DNA of 64,000 bases from Octopus vulgaris (lineage: Eukaryota), in assembly GCA_951406725.2 (NCBI GenBank), contig OX597832.1, positions 70,060,001 to 70,124,000 on the forward strand. The letters run 5' to 3'. Positions 1 through 13,500 of the stretch are shown here, one piece after another. The translations under genes were made by a program, and so were the position numbers. Position 1 is the stretch's first letter. Each line of letters opens with the position of its first letter. The notes beneath the pieces were generated by a model. It was not told the DNA's origin and made no database searches. It saw only the letters and a program-made list of their open reading frames with translations.

Positions 1-486
1 CATGAGGGGACAGCCACGTTTGAGAAATCTCGAGTTGCACATGAGAAAGTAAGGAGGGATGTCAGGAAGGGCATCGCTGTTACACTTCCACAAGGGAAGG
101 GTCTTCCTTTGATTCTGACATGCAATGTCTGTGCAAGACCCTGCCTCAGTAAAGCTGAACTCATGAGTCATCTTCGTAGTCATAAAACGAGACAGATGAG
201 TGACAACCTGGCCACTGGTGGTGGTGGTGTAACACACCATACTAATCATATCTGTCGGGCATGTGGAAGAGAGTGTAATTCGGCAGGAGGACTTAAACGA
301 CATGCAAAGGTACATGAAGCCCAGTTACAACTACAGCCGTCTATTACCAGAAAAGGTCTTAGTTGCCAATTTTGTACAAGACATTGTAGATCTTTAGCTG
401 GGCTAAAAAGTCACATTCGATCACAGCGCCAGTAACAGTTAAGCTTCGCGCAATGGCCATACTCGATAACGAGGGGGCAGCCATAT
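1..486 (+). mobile_element. 3' end of an RTE-type LINE; ORF C-terminus with three tandem C2H2-type zinc fingers
   Basis: Frame is open from base 1 to the stop at 435: HEGTATFEKSRVAHEKVRRDVRKG (RTE-like C-terminus), then CNVC..LMSHLRSH, CRAC..LKRHAKVH and [13 protein letters not shown] short 3' UTR runs into (TA)n. Same layout at 15425-17540 and 40257-40678. Confidence 0.75.
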
Positions 487-489
487 TAC

Positions 490-523
<34 letters not shown>

Positions 524-548
524 TATATATATATGTACATATACTGAG

Positions 549-581
<33 letters not shown>

Positions 582-596
582 TATATACATATACTG

Positions 597-631
<35 letters not shown>

Positions 632-687
632 TATCAGTATATGTATATATATGCATATATATACATATACTGATATATATATATCAG

Positions 688-719
<32 letters not shown>

Positions 720-1256
720 CATATATATATATATATGTATCTGTATATATATATCAGTATATGTATATATATACATACGCGTGGGTGTGTCTTGGTGTGG
801 CTTTGTTCGACTAAAAGCTTTCAAGGTTCTGCTCCAGCATGGATTGGAATAACTAAAAGAGAATGTGTGTGTGTGTTTATACAGTGAGAGAAGGAAAGAG
901 AGAGAGAGAGAGAGAGAGACAGAGAGTGAGAAGACGAAATGAAAGAGATAAGAGTCAAAGAGATTGGAAGAATAATTTTCAGGTATTTTATTGAATACGT
1001 TGATCTTTTTTATCTGCGAGAATGGCCAAACAAGAGCAATGCTGGAAAGAGCTCTTCTATTTGGGGGGGGGGGGGGGATATACAAGTCGCAGTTGTTGGA
1101 ATCTTCAGCGTCCTTTTAATACTTCTTATTAGATTACGACACCTTGATTGCTCCTCTACCTACCTTTTTGTTGTTCTTCTTTTTTTCTTCTTCTTTTTCT
1201 ACTACTGCTGCTACTACAACTACAACCACTAATACCACTGCTGCTGCTACTGCTAA

Positions 1257-1306
<50 letters not shown>

Positions 1307-1841
1307 TTTCTCATTCTTTCTTGATTCCTGTTCCCCACCCCGCCTTCGCTCTTTCTGAACCTTATTCTCCTCCTCCTACCGTTTCTTCTTTCTTTCTTTC
1401 CTTCTTTCTTTTGTCTTTCTTTCCTTCTTTCTCCTCTCTTCTCTTTCTTTATCATCACGTGATAATGATAATGAATATAATGGTGGTTATGATGGTGAGG
1501 AGGAGAAAGACGAAGATGGAAGGGAAGGGGACGTGGTGGGTGACTGTGGCAACAGCGACGACGATCAAGCCCAATGATGGCGTATGCAACAACAAACAAC
1601 ACTTAGGTTCTTAAAACTCTTGAAGCGTGAGCCAACAAGTTCAGTCTGCGATAATCCATTGGTATCATCAGTCAGTCTGCGAAGAAAAATAAACACGCAC
1701 AAAAAAAGCCCAAACAATTCCTTCCATTCGTGTTTTGTTTGTACGTGAGTGTGTGTGAGTGAGCGTCCGCGTATGTGAATGCGTATATGTGTGTGTGTGT
1801 GCGTGTGAATATGTGTGTTTATGTGTATGTGTGTGTGTGTT

Positions 1842-1883
<42 letters not shown>

Positions 1884-2273
1884 AGAGTGTGGGCTTCTTT
1901 CATTTATATTTCTCCACAATACAGAAGCGAACGGCCAATAGCAAATAACCGTTGATGATGTTATGGTTGCTGTAATATATATTTTTAAAGGCAATTTGTT
2001 TCAATGTATGTTATTTTCTTTATACTTTCATTTTATTCATTCTTTATCTTTTTCTTTGTTGTTCGCCATCTTCGTTTGGAAACCTTAGTCTCTTGTTCAG
2101 CGTGTTTTTACTGAATCTGATCTCTGCAAAATATTCTCTCTGAGACATGCCAGGAAGTTTTTGCAGAACAGAAGCCATATTGGAATGTTGCATCTCGCCG
2201 ATGGCTCTATAATAAACATTTGTAAACACTCTATTAATTGTAAATTACACTACAGAACAAATGATTTAATAGA

Positions 2274-2315
<42 letters not shown>

Positions 2316-3330
2316 GTGCGCATGCGCGTGTGTGTATATTTATGTATAAACACACACACATTTATAACTATTACTTTATAACTTTTGCTGCTGATTTTTC
2401 TTGTCAATTTCAAAGACTGAAGCCTGAAATAATGAGTTTAAAGTTCAAATAGAATATGTGTACATGCTTACCTACATATTTGTCTAGAGATATACATACG
2501 TACGTACATATACATACATACATACATACATACATACATAAATACAAACATACATACATGCATACATACATACATGCATACATACATACATACATACATA
2601 CATACATACATACATACATGTATGTATGTGCATATCTTGCTAATGTTAAATTTTCATTGAATAAAACGCCAAATTCAATTTCAAAGAGCGAGAGGGGATG
2701 AGAGAGACAAGGTGAAAGGCGAAGACATGAGTTCAAGAAATGCAGGAAATGGAATTGCGATTCAGTTCAAAGTTGTCCAAAGTTTCCGTAGAGCCAAGTC
2801 ACGTATCCAATTCGTTTGGTTACATACAATTTGTATGTGGAATCTATCGTCAGATAAATTAGTATTGTTCCGTAGTTTGGTTCTCTTGTTGGTTAACTAC
2901 AGCCGATTTAGTTATTCCATGATGAAAGACAAATTTACCTATGCATAGCATATGTGGTTAAAACGTTCGCGTGGTAACTACGTATGTTTCAAGTTATATC
3001 TAGCTGCATCAAGCCTGTCTTGGACAATAGGTTTTAATTGACATATATGTGAGCGTCAAGGGGGAAAGAATGAACGATGCCTCTCGAAAGAACATATCTA
3101 CTATTTTTCTTGAGTTTCATTACCCAGTTTAAACATAAACTTTACCCACGTGTATTTTTGACGGAGTTCAATCAGATGCCCAAATCCAGGCCGGGATTTC
3201 CGACTTCCCTCTTTTATGTTGCACTAATTGTCGGGTTAATAAAATCAAATGCTAGAATAAAACAAGCACAAGAGCTCTCACCAACATTTTGGTAGCGGCA
3301 GCAGCATCCGCAGCAGCGAGAGGAATAATT

Positions 3331-3387
<57 letters not shown>

Positions 3388-3445
3388 CTAGCAGTAGCGG
3401 CAGCAGCAGCAACATAATAGTAGAGTAATAATATTGAATTCATGA

Positions 3446-3660
3446 GGCGTCGTGCTGGCAGAATCGTTTATTCTCCGAGCAAAATACTCAGCGACATTTC
3501 GCCAGTCTTTGAGTTCTAAGTTCAAATTCCTCCGAGGTTGTGTTTGTCTTTTTAACCCTTTCGGGCTCGATGAAATATGTACCAGCTGAGCAGTGGGATC
3601 AATGTCACTGGCTTACACCCTCCCCACGAAATTATTTGCCTTGTGTTAAGATTTGAATCC
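3446..3660 (+). mobile_element. SINE family B (tRNA-type head), diverged copy
   Basis: ggcgtcgtgctggcagaatcg...agttcaaattcc...cctttcgggctcgat...gtaccag; homologous to 5620, 8195 and 47360. Confidence 0.7.
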
Positions 3661-3679
3661 CTTAATATTGAATTCCGAT

Positions 3680-3860
3680 TTAGGTGCAAGGCCAGTAGGC
3701 ATGAGGCAAGATGGTTAATTGATGCCTTTAACCTCAGGACTTGACTGGTATTTTATCGATATCGGTGCGACGAAAGATAAATGGTCCGAAATTTGAAATT
3801 AATACTTAGCCAGAATTACAGCAAAGCCTTTTTTTCGACGTTCTAACCATCCTGCCAATC
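3680..3860 (-). mobile_element. SINE family B, highly degenerate
   Basis: Reverse complement shows ttggcaggatggttagaacg...ttcaaatttcggac...taaaataccagtcaagt. Confidence 0.45.
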
Positions 3861-4089
3861 TACAACAACATTAACAATAAGAATACGATCAATAAGAAAG
3901 CATACATCCGTCCGTCCGTCCGTCCGTCCATCCATCCATCCATCCATCCATCCATCGGTATCGACATATATTTAAATAGGTCGATACGTAGGTGTGTGTG
4001 TTTTCATATACATTTTCACTATGTGACAATTCTAGCGTTGCTGAAGAAGCTTTGAAGTGTGAGTATGTTTTCTTTGGCTATAATATATA

Positions 4090-4163
<74 letters not shown>

Positions 4164-5619
4164 CGTGCGTGTGTGCGTGTGGGTGTGTGTGACTGATTGT
4201 GTGCACGTGTATCTGTTTAGGTATATATATTTCAGGTTTGGTATTCTATGTTATACACACCGCCTCTTTTCCTTGATTATACAAACCCTATCTCTCTCAT
4301 TAGCTTCAAGTTAACCTGAGGTCGATGATTTTAGCTGTAGCTTTCATTTCGAATTAGCTTATTGACTTGACATTAGTAACAGAGTCAGCATTTTAATAGT
4401 GAAGTTTCTAGAAATAGCATCACCACTTTTGCCTTGATTAATTCCCTAACCGTGTATCTAATTAATGTACATCAGAAATTTTGAAGTGAAGCAAACCATG
4501 TATTATTTACAAGTTTCCTTTTGCATCAACTTGCTTCCGGATTTGTTATTATTGCGATGGAGTTTACAAAAGTATTTTCTACCTTCCATAAACTTCCAGG
4601 AGACCAAATTTGACAGTCGAAAACTTGTAGAGTCGCATGCTAATTGAGCAGACGGGGACAACCTCTTGCAGCCAAGTGTTACATGCAGAGTTTCAAATAA
4701 GTCCAGGGTATACACTACATATAGCAGTTTTGTACGAGCTGCTGTCAAGGATATGATCGCCATTACTGCAAATACATCTGGCCGTTGGTCTTTCTCTCTA
4801 ATGAAGCCTGGCTGACCTGAGGTTGAAAAACAACAGCAACAACGACAGCAACAACTTTTAAAATATTACCATTGGTACAGATGAGAATTTCACCCATAAA
4901 CATAAACGGTGTTTGATGTTCATCTTTAAACGAAATGGTTTTCATGATTGGATCGTTTAAAATTTCAATTTTAAACCTTAAGAAAGTAAATCTAATTAAA
5001 AAGAAACTCTTATATTATTTCTGTAGCTTTTGCGTTTGTTTTTGCTGTTTGACCCCAGGCTCACTGTAAGTACACCTATGAGGAACATTTCCTCATCAAT
5101 GTCTCAACTGCCTTAGATATTTCGGCACATTCCATCCAACTGTTCATCTTTTAATGAGACGGAAGGTTTAAACCGATGGAGATTTAACTGCTATTTCTGG
5201 TTGAACGAATAATGACACAGAGTTTCTTTTTTTCTTTTTTTTTTGTCTTAAATGTATTTTTTTCATTAATGTATATAACTTATTCCGACAATGTTTTGAT
5301 ATTAAATCTCACTCGATTTAGAGGAGGAGAATTACAATCAATTTAAGGGGCCACATTTTTTTAAAAAGGACTTTTATAACTGATTCTGTATCGTCTAAGG
5401 ATTGATGAAATGAAAGGAATTTGAATTCAACAAAGTAAAGACTTCATATCATATTCTCTGCCATTCCATCAGTTCTTCATGCCTTCGCTTAAGTCTTATC
5501 ATAAAAGAACTTTTAGAGTTGTCTAAATGTCTAAGATATCTTGTAAGTGAAGTGTTTGATGCTGCAAATACAACGTAGATAGGAAGAGAGGATCTTAATA
5601 TTTTGAATCTGTCTAAGTC

Positions 5620-5830
5620 AGTGGGCTGGCAGAATCGGTAGCATGCCGAACGAAATGCTTGGAGGTGTTTCGTCCGAGTTCAGGTTCTGAGTTCAAATTC
5701 CGTCGAGTTAGACTTTTCTTTTCATCCTTTCGTGGTATATAAAATAAGAACCAGTTGAAGACCGGGTTTTATGTAATCGACTTACCCACTACACCGAAAT
5801 TGCTGGCATTGTGCCAAAATTTGAAATCAG
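5620..5830 (+). mobile_element. SINE family B
   Basis: gggctggcagaatcggtagcatgccgaacgaaatgctt...gttctgagttcaaattcc (A/B-box-like) ...ttcatcctttcg...gtaatcgactt. Confidence 0.75.
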
Positions 5831-5997
5831 TATTTTAAATCTGTCCACAAGTGGACAGGATAGAGATAGAAAAGCCCAGAATATGTAGTAAGTAGAGATA
5901 GACTGTACAGATGAAATCTCGGTTACTGTGGCTCCTGCGAAATCTATTAGCTAAAGTACCAAAAAGTTTATCAATATAAATGCACCATGTGTATTAA

Positions 5998-6135
5998 GGT
6001 GGTGAGCTGGCAAAATCATTAGCACGTCGGAGAAATTGCTTAGTGGTATTTCATTGATCATTACGTCCTGAGTTCAATTACTGGGGTCGACGTAATCAAC
6101 TTAGCCCCTTCTCAAAACTTCTCAAATTTGAAATG
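5998..6135 (+). mobile_element. SINE family B, internally deleted
   Basis: ggtggtgagctggcaaaatcattagcacg...ctgagttcaa joined directly to tactggggtcgacgtaatc. Confidence 0.65.
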
Positions 6136-6904
6136 AATATAAACATCATTTGTTAATAACTATTAATATACAAGTTAATCTTTCTTTAATAACGAAAGAG
6201 TTAACACTAATAATTCCAACTAGTTGAACACCTAACAAGAAAACGTACAGAACTTTAGAAACAATGGAATAAATACGAGTAAAAGACTGAAAGAGTTGAA
6301 ACTTGTTTGAAATATTGCGATGCGTGTAAATAATGTTAATAATAGAAACAAGTTTTGCAGAAAAGCAAGAACGAGAAATGAAACAAAATATGTAAGTTAA
6401 CGACAATAACTAAAAGCAAGGATAAAAAGATTTTCGACGGTTTTACAAAAGTTGTCTAACGCTCGGGAAATATTTCCAGTTTTTCAAATAGAAGAAAGGA
6501 AAGAATCAGAAAGTTTGAAGAAATCAGTTGTTACCAAGGCTGATGTGCTCGACAATACAGCACGGATGCGCCAAGATGCGTATCTTTTATAATGTAAGAA
6601 ATCAATACATACTAATTAAATTATGGTCCGTCCTGTAGAACAAAAAGGAAGTTAGCAGTAGGTCTATACCATGGTTTTGCTTGAAACTCTGCTTGAGGCC
6701 GTTTGACTTACTTCAAATTTACAATTCAAAATTTTGCAATTCTCTTAAAATGAAAGGCCTTAGTTTGGGAATTCTAAAAGAAACAATTACACAAAACAAT
6801 GTCTCAGACATGTTGTCTGAATAACTTTTTGTTTAGAACCGCAAACATCTAAGTCTTTAATATTTCCTTACGGCACAGAGTGATTTAAAACCTCTTCAAA
6901 TTTA

Positions 6905-6905
<1 letters not shown>

Positions 6906-6935
<30 letters not shown>

Positions 6936-7037
6936 CTTCTTCTTCTTCTTCTTCTTCTTCTTCTTCTTCTTCTTCTTCTTCTTCTTCTTCTTCTTCTTCT
7001 TCTTCTTCTTCTTCTTCTTCTTCTTCTTCTTCTTCTT
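6906..7037. repeat. (TTC)n microsatellite
   Basis: Pure TTC tract of about 130 bp. Confidence 0.95.
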
Positions 7038-8194
7038 TAACACTACTACTACTGTGACTGTTAGGCGGAGAAATAGTAACTTTGGAGGCGGAATCGTTAA
7101 CTCGCCGAACAGAATGCTAAACAGCTTTTCTTCCGGCTCTCATACTTTCCGCATGTTATAGAGTCATTTCCGAATCAGCGCATGTTTTCATCACCCATTC
7201 CTTATTTGGTATGTTTAAAGCCCTGGTGGTGAATAAGGAAATTATTATTGTCATTATTATTTGCAAGCTGCAGGGCTGTGATCTGGCAGAATAACTTGAT
7301 TGCAGAATTGCAAAAAAAAAACCCAAAAAACGAAAAAATATCTTGTGGTATTTCTTCTGGGTCTTTATGTTCTCGCCAAGTTCAAGATTGTATTTCATGC
7401 TTCCGAGGTCAATGCCATAAAGTACCAGTGTAGTACTGGGGTTTGACGATGTCAACTAACGCTGTACTATCAAGATTGCAGGCTTTTGCCTAAATTTAAA
7501 GCTATCATTTACTAGCTGAACAATATATAATCGACGTGTGACACTTATTTTGTTTGGGGTTTTTGGTATAAATGTTAATCGGTTGAAAGCATTTACAGAG
7601 CAAACGTTTCAGTAGTAAAAATAAAAGCAACCGGAAATGCTACTGTCGCCATAGAAACATCGCTATTACGGCTGAAAAGGATCTTAAAGCAAAATGTTTT
7701 AAATATCATTATATAAAACCGGAATGGAAGTTTCCTGTACCGAAACAAAAATTCTCACTTTGTCGGCTGAGAGTGATTAATAATGGATTTCGCTGACGCA
7801 TAGAAATTGGATGGGCTGATTTTTTTTTCCATCATTTTAAAATCAAACAGACTGTATTTTCTAGTCAATATAGTGGACAAAATATAGATAATAATTCATT
7901 CGATAGGTTAAATTACTTTGTTGGTGTGGTTCTCACTAAAAGGTAGTTGAATAATAAAATTATACGGCGATATCGTTGTTGCATATTTTATTAGAAGAGT
8001 GTATATTTTTTCTTTTTATTTATTTAAAAATGTGATGTTATATTTGTAGTGTGAGGGTGCATCATTCAGATGTGTTTATTTGGGGGAAAAAACTGACCAT
8101 TATTACATCGATGTATCAACTATTTGTTTGTTTTTTGCTATTAAACAAGTAATAGCTTTCAAACGTCATATTGCAAATAATTATCATTAGATAA

Positions 8195-8392
8195 GGCGGC
8201 GAGCTGGCAGAATCGGGGCAGGCAGGGCAAAATACTAAGCGGTATTTCGTCCGTTTTCACCTTCTGAGTTCAAATTCTCTCGAAGTCGACTTAAGATTTC
8301 GGCATTTCGAGGTCGATAAAATCAGTACCAGTTGAGAATCGATGTAATCCACTTAAACTCTCCTCTAAACTTGTGCTACAACCTGAAGCCAA
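8195..8392 (+). mobile_element. SINE family B
   Basis: ggcggcgagctggcagaatcg...ttctgagttcaaattc...gtcgataaaatcagtaccag. Confidence 0.75.
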
Positions 8393-8414
8393 AATTATCA
8401 TTATTATTATTATT

Positions 8415-8902
8415 GAGTGAGAGAGCACTGATAAGGGTACACTAGGCACATGCATCACAACAATATGTGCGCGACATGGTGATCTCAAATCAAGATAAAC
8501 AGCACATGACCTTGCAGGTGGGGCTCACTTAGAATTTTCTTCAGGTCGAGTAACCCATCCTGCTCAAAAGGTCCCTGAATAAGGGTTGTTTAAGGATGTT
8601 GAATGAAACACCCATGTTTCGAGAGGTGAATTATTCAAACCCCAAATAATCCCTCTCAACACATGGCTATGATGGTCCCCCACTACGTCTGCTCGTAATC
8701 AGAGATGCACATATCGTCAGCCACTGAGGGACATGCTCAACTGGTTAAGGTCAAACAACTGACAAGCAAATCTATGGTATTGAGCAGAATATTTGCAGTA
8801 GCCCATCTTTTATACCAAGACAAAACAATGTACATGATAACGCTTCTAATCAGTTAAGATCAGAAGCCATGAGAGCCACTGCTTGGTACTGCATCAGGGC
8901 AT
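8415..8902. mobile_element. ~490-bp non-coding unit between (TAA)n tracts (probable Dong-associated non-autonomous element or UTR)
   Basis: Complex, GC-richer block with sharp (TTA)n boundaries on both sides, directly next to the Dong-like element; no coding signal. Confidence 0.5.
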
Positions 8903-8926
8903 TTATTATTATTATTATTATTTTTA

Positions 8927-8980
<54 letters not shown>

Positions 8981-8981
<1 letters not shown>

Positions 8982-11900
8982 CACTTTACTACTGAGTACA
9001 GCTCTGTGTGCCTTGGGTATGTGCTGTGTTTTGTTGTGATGCTCTGATGGTTATTGTATGGAAAGTGTTTTGCGTAGGATGTGTGCTGTGCCCAGTAGTG
9101 CAATTTTCTATATGTTATGTGTTTGTAAGTCCTGGTGTTTTTGTTATGTATTTGTCTGAATATTTTTTTATCATGCCTAATACACCTACTATGATAGGAA
9201 TTGTTTCTGTTTTTAGATTCCACATTCGAGTTACCTCTATTTCCAGGTCTTTATATTTTGAAAGTTTCTCCATATCTTTTAAAGAAACGTTGTCATCTAC
9301 TGGTATTGATACATCAATTAGAAAACATATTTTTTCTTGATCTCTGACAACTATATCTGGTCTGTTGGCTTTAATTTCTCTATCTGTGTGAATTGGCATA
9401 TCCCAGAGTATGGTTGCTTTCTCGTTTTCTGTGACCTTTTCTGGTGTGTGCCTATACCATCTTTTTCTGTTGTTATTCCATAATGTTGGCATAGCTTCCA
9501 GTGTATGAAGGTCCCAACTCTGTCGTGTCTGTGAATATATTCCTTCTTCGCCAGGACTAGGCAGCCAGAGATATGATTTATTGTTTCTTGTCCATCTCCA
9601 CATATTCTGAAGTTACTTGTTATATTTCTTTTCATTATACGTTTTTGGTAAGTTCTGGTGGGGAGGTTTTGGTCTTGTGCTGCAAATAAAAATCCCTCTG
9701 TTACTGCTTTGAGTCCTGAGCTTCTCAACCATTGCTGGGATTTTTCTTTGTCTATTTCTTTTGCATTTAGTTTAGTCCAGTATTTGCCATGAAGGGGCTT
9801 TTCTTGCCATCGTTTTATCATGGTTCGTTGCTGTTCTAGTTTTGTTTGGATTTCATTTGTTATATAGCTTTTTTTGTTTCTTCTTCTTCTTCTTCTTCTT
9901 CTTCTTCTTCTTCTTCTTCTTCTTCTTCTTCTTCTTTTTCTTTTTCTTTTTCTTTTTCTTCTTCTTCTTCTTCTTCTTCTTCTTCTTCTTCTTCTTCTTC
10001 TTCTTCTTCTTCTTCTTCATATTTGTTAGGTGGTATGATTTCTTTGTATTTGTCAGCTTCCTTAAATACTGAGAACAATTTTTTGTTTTGCTCGTGTTTT
10101 GCCCCTTTTTGTATCAGTTTTCCTTCCTTCTGAAGTAGATATTTTTGCAGTCCTATGGTGGTTATTTTATAATAGGTTTCTAGCTGTATAATGCCTCTAC
10201 CACCTTCTATACGTTGTATATATAGTCTTTCTATGTCAGATTTTGGGTGATGCATCCTAGATCATGTCATTATTTTTCGTTTTCCAATCTATTTTGGTTA
10301 GTTCATTTCGTGTCCAGTTAAGGATATTGTAGCTGTAACTTATAACTGGGACGGCTAAAGTGTTGATACCTGTTATCTTGTTTTTAGCATTGAACTCTGT
10401 TTGAAATATTGATCTAAACCATCTATAGTATACTTTCTTTATTTTCTCTTTCATTTGTGTGTGTTGTATCTTATCTAGTTCATGGATTCCTAAACATTTG
10501 TAAGTTTGGCTTTGGTCTAATTCTTTTATTTCATTGACTTCATCTAGTGTGATGCTGCTACTCTTAACTAGATTTCCTCTTTTCAGGGTTACTTTGGCGC
10601 ATTTTTCTAATCCAAATTTCATATCTATTTCTTTGGTAAATCCATGAACTGTCTTTAGTAGTGTTTCCAGCTGTTTGTCATTTGTAACGTACAGTTTTAT
10701 GTCATCCATGTATAAAAGGTGGCTGATCGTTTTGCCGTAACATTTGTATCCGCATCCAGTTCTATTTAGCATATCAGACAGGGATGTCAGTGCCAAGCAG
10801 AAAAGGAGTGGAGAGCGCTCGTCACCCTGGAATATTCCACTTCTAATGGGGATGGCTTTGGTTTTCACGAGTCCCTCTTTTGTTTGGAGCTGTAGCACTG
10901 TCTGCCATTTATTCATAGAGTGTCCTATGTATTTTATAATAGTTGGTGCTACCTTGTTAATGGCTAGTATTTCGAGGAACTACGTGTAGGGAATGCTATC
11001 AAACGCCTTTCAGTAGTCGATCCAGGCCATACTGAGGCCTTTCTTCTTTCTGCGGCTGTCTTCAGTTATGGCTTATTGATTATTAGTTGATCTTTACAGC
11101 CATATGAGCCCTTGCAGCATCCTTTCTGCTCTTCTGGGAACAGTTTGTTTTCGTCCAGGTGCTTGTTCAGTCTTTGCGATATTACTGCAGTAAAGGCTTT
11201 GTACATAGTAGGGAGACAGGTTATAGGTATGTAGTTTTCTGGTTTTGCTGTTTCATCGGATTTGGGAATTAAGATGGTTGTTCCCTTTCGTGAGCCATTC
11301 AGGCATTGTCTCTGGCACTGCCAGTATGTTGTTAAAGTTTTTAGCCAGCTTTTTGTGCATTCCTGTCAGATATTTCAACCAGAAGTTTGGAATCTTGTCG
11401 TGCCCAGGTGCCTTCCAGTTGCTTAGTCTTTGCAGTGCCTGGGTGACCTCTTCAGTTGTTAAGGGGGTCCAAAGTTGTTCAGATGCCGAGTTTGTTATTT
11501 TGATACTTCTTTTTTTTGGTTGTTCGTTCGCCGACCATATTTCTCTCCAGAATTCTTCCAATTCTTCTGCCGTTGGTGCTGCAGTGACTTCTATTTTATT
11601 TTTGCCCAGTTCTTGGTAGAACTTTTTGGGGTTGGAGTTGAACTTTTTGTTTTGTTCAAAGAAGCGTTGGCGTTTCTCGTACCGGCGGATCCTTTGTGCT
11701 TTGGCAAGGATATCTTGCTTCAGCTTTTCTTTTATCTCAGGCAAATCTTTCTCTGTGATGTTATATTTGCGGAGTATTTTTGTTTTCTTTTTGTTGTCCA
11801 GTAGCGTTGATTGTTTGCTGATTTCATTAAGAATCGACAGATCCTTTCTAATTTTTTTTATTTTGTTTTGGATGTTATTTATCCACAGGGTTTGTTTGGG

Positions 11901-13078
11901 TGGTGGTACTCCTGTTTGGGCGGGTTTGATTGAGTATCCAGCTTCTTTTGTGGCTGCAGTGGCTGCTGCGTATATTAAGTCATTTAGCTCAGTGATATCA
12001 CTTTTTTTTGTTTCAGTGGCTATTAGTTCCGTGACAGTTAGGTTTATGCTGTTTATAATTGGTGTTGTTATTTCGTCTATTTTGATTCTTGGGAGGTATG
12101 GTCGGTGGTCCATTTTGAGCTCTGTCTTTTTCAGTTCTTTGATTATTTTATTTTTTATATTATCATAATCATTAGGCTCCCCTTCGTTGTTTACATCTTG
12201 TTTGTTGGGAATGTTGCGTTTGTCTTCGTGTTTTACAGTTTCAGTGTTTATATTATTGGGCATTGTTGTGTGGCTTCTATCTACATTTTCCTGGTGTATT
12301 TTTTCTTTTAGATGTTCTATTTCTATTTCAGATATTTTTTTTGTGTTGAGAATGTATCTTCGTACGTTAGCTAATTTATTAGGGTTCATTGCTGTATCCA
12401 AGTCTATATCTCTATTATTTTCCTTCCATATTTTATATGTATGTGTTGTTGTATTTTCATTTTTTGGGTAGAGCACTGCTGTGAAGTATGCGTGTAAGAT
12501 AGAAATATATTCCTCACGTGTCCATTTACGTCTTTTGGGTTTTATTTGCGGGACATGAGGTACAACGTCCGGCCCATTATTTTGACGGTCGTCATTTTCG
12601 TAGGGTATCGGTCCGTTTATTTCTGTTGTCACATTATTTCGCACGCGTAGATTTTCGTACATTTTTTGTTGTAAGTTTAATGTACGTACCGCTCGATTGT
12701 TATTCTTGGGTTGAATAATATCGGTGGCATTTAATTTCTTCGTAGTTCCTTTGTACATGGTGTTTGGGGTCGGGGATGATCGTGATGTTCCACGCATGTT
12801 TACATGTGTTGTGTTAGAGGTGGAGATGATATCGAGTCAAAATACATCATTTCGTTTCGAAAATAGTAATAAATTTCAATTAGTATTACTTACTCGGATA
12901 CAGTCCAATTCTTTGTTAGTAAATCTTTGGCTCCATAGGATGTCCTTGTTTTCGATGTTTGTGGATAGATTTCGGAGCTCTGTATTTTCCTTCTTACATC
13001 TTAAACGTCCCCCGGTGTTCTCCTCTTACATCTTAAACGTCCCCCGGTGTTCTCTCTTAAACGTCCCCCGGTGTTCTC
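8981..13078 (-). mobile_element. R4/Dong-like non-LTR retrotransposon (RT + restriction-like endonuclease), near full length, frameshifted, inserted in (TAA)n
   Basis: Minus-strand motifs in order: KRRKWTREE..LANVRRYI (N-terminal), WKAPGHDKIPNFWLKYL, GIFQGD.SPLLFCLAL, HLLYMDDIKLY, FGLEKCA, RLYIQRIEGGRG, KPLHGKY, RICGDGQETINHISGC..RHDRV, KANRPDIVV..LIDVSIP..KLSKYKDL. (TAA)n on both sides matches the known Dong target. Confidence 0.92.
9878..10017. repeat. (GAA)n expansion inside the Dong-like ORF (poly-Glu)
   Basis: TTC tract with a ttttc core; reads as poly-E/EK in ORF 9860..10255. Confidence 0.9.
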
Positions 13079-13159
<81 letters not shown>

Positions 13160-13160
<1 letters not shown>

Positions 13161-13500
13161 TTTGCCTTTGCAGAGCTTCTAATGCTGGGAATGTACTAAG
13201 GTGTCAGCTGTTCACTACCAGTGAACTAAGGTATCACCCCTTATGTTTCGAGCACCATCCGGAGTATTCGAGCGGTTCTAAGCAGTGCTGTTTCTGCAAG
13301 TGCTCCACCCTTATTGCAGCCCCTATTTGTTCCATGTACTTCTCAAGATTTTTACTCACTGTACCCAGGGCTCCGACAATTACTGGTACTACTGCCACTT
13401 TTTTCATCGACGACAACTATATCTATGATCCAGCATAGTTTGCCTTCTTTCTCAATTAACACTATGTCTGGTTTCCTATTTTCTATCTCGTGTTTGCTCC
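13160..13500 (-). mobile_element. 3' fragment of a second R4/Dong-like family (RLE domain and 3' UTR)
   Basis: HEIENRKPDIVLIEK..WIIDI and VVPVIVGALGTVSKNLEKY..LQK on the minus strand; ends in (TAA)n; 3' UTR differs from that of the neighbouring element. Confidence 0.8.

Noticed and set aside
109-435. Stand-alone host C2H2 transcription factor gene
   Set aside because: Frame is open upstream with RTE-like residues, has no TGEKP linkers, and the same layout is attached to an RT at 15.4-17.5 kb.
4503-4780. Possible minus-strand host exon (tttgcag...GAAG/gtagaa)
   Set aside because: Weak splice signals, no recognisable protein similarity and no partner exons.
12992-13078. CRISPR-like array
   Set aside because: No unique spacers and a eukaryotic LINE context; simple tandem duplication.
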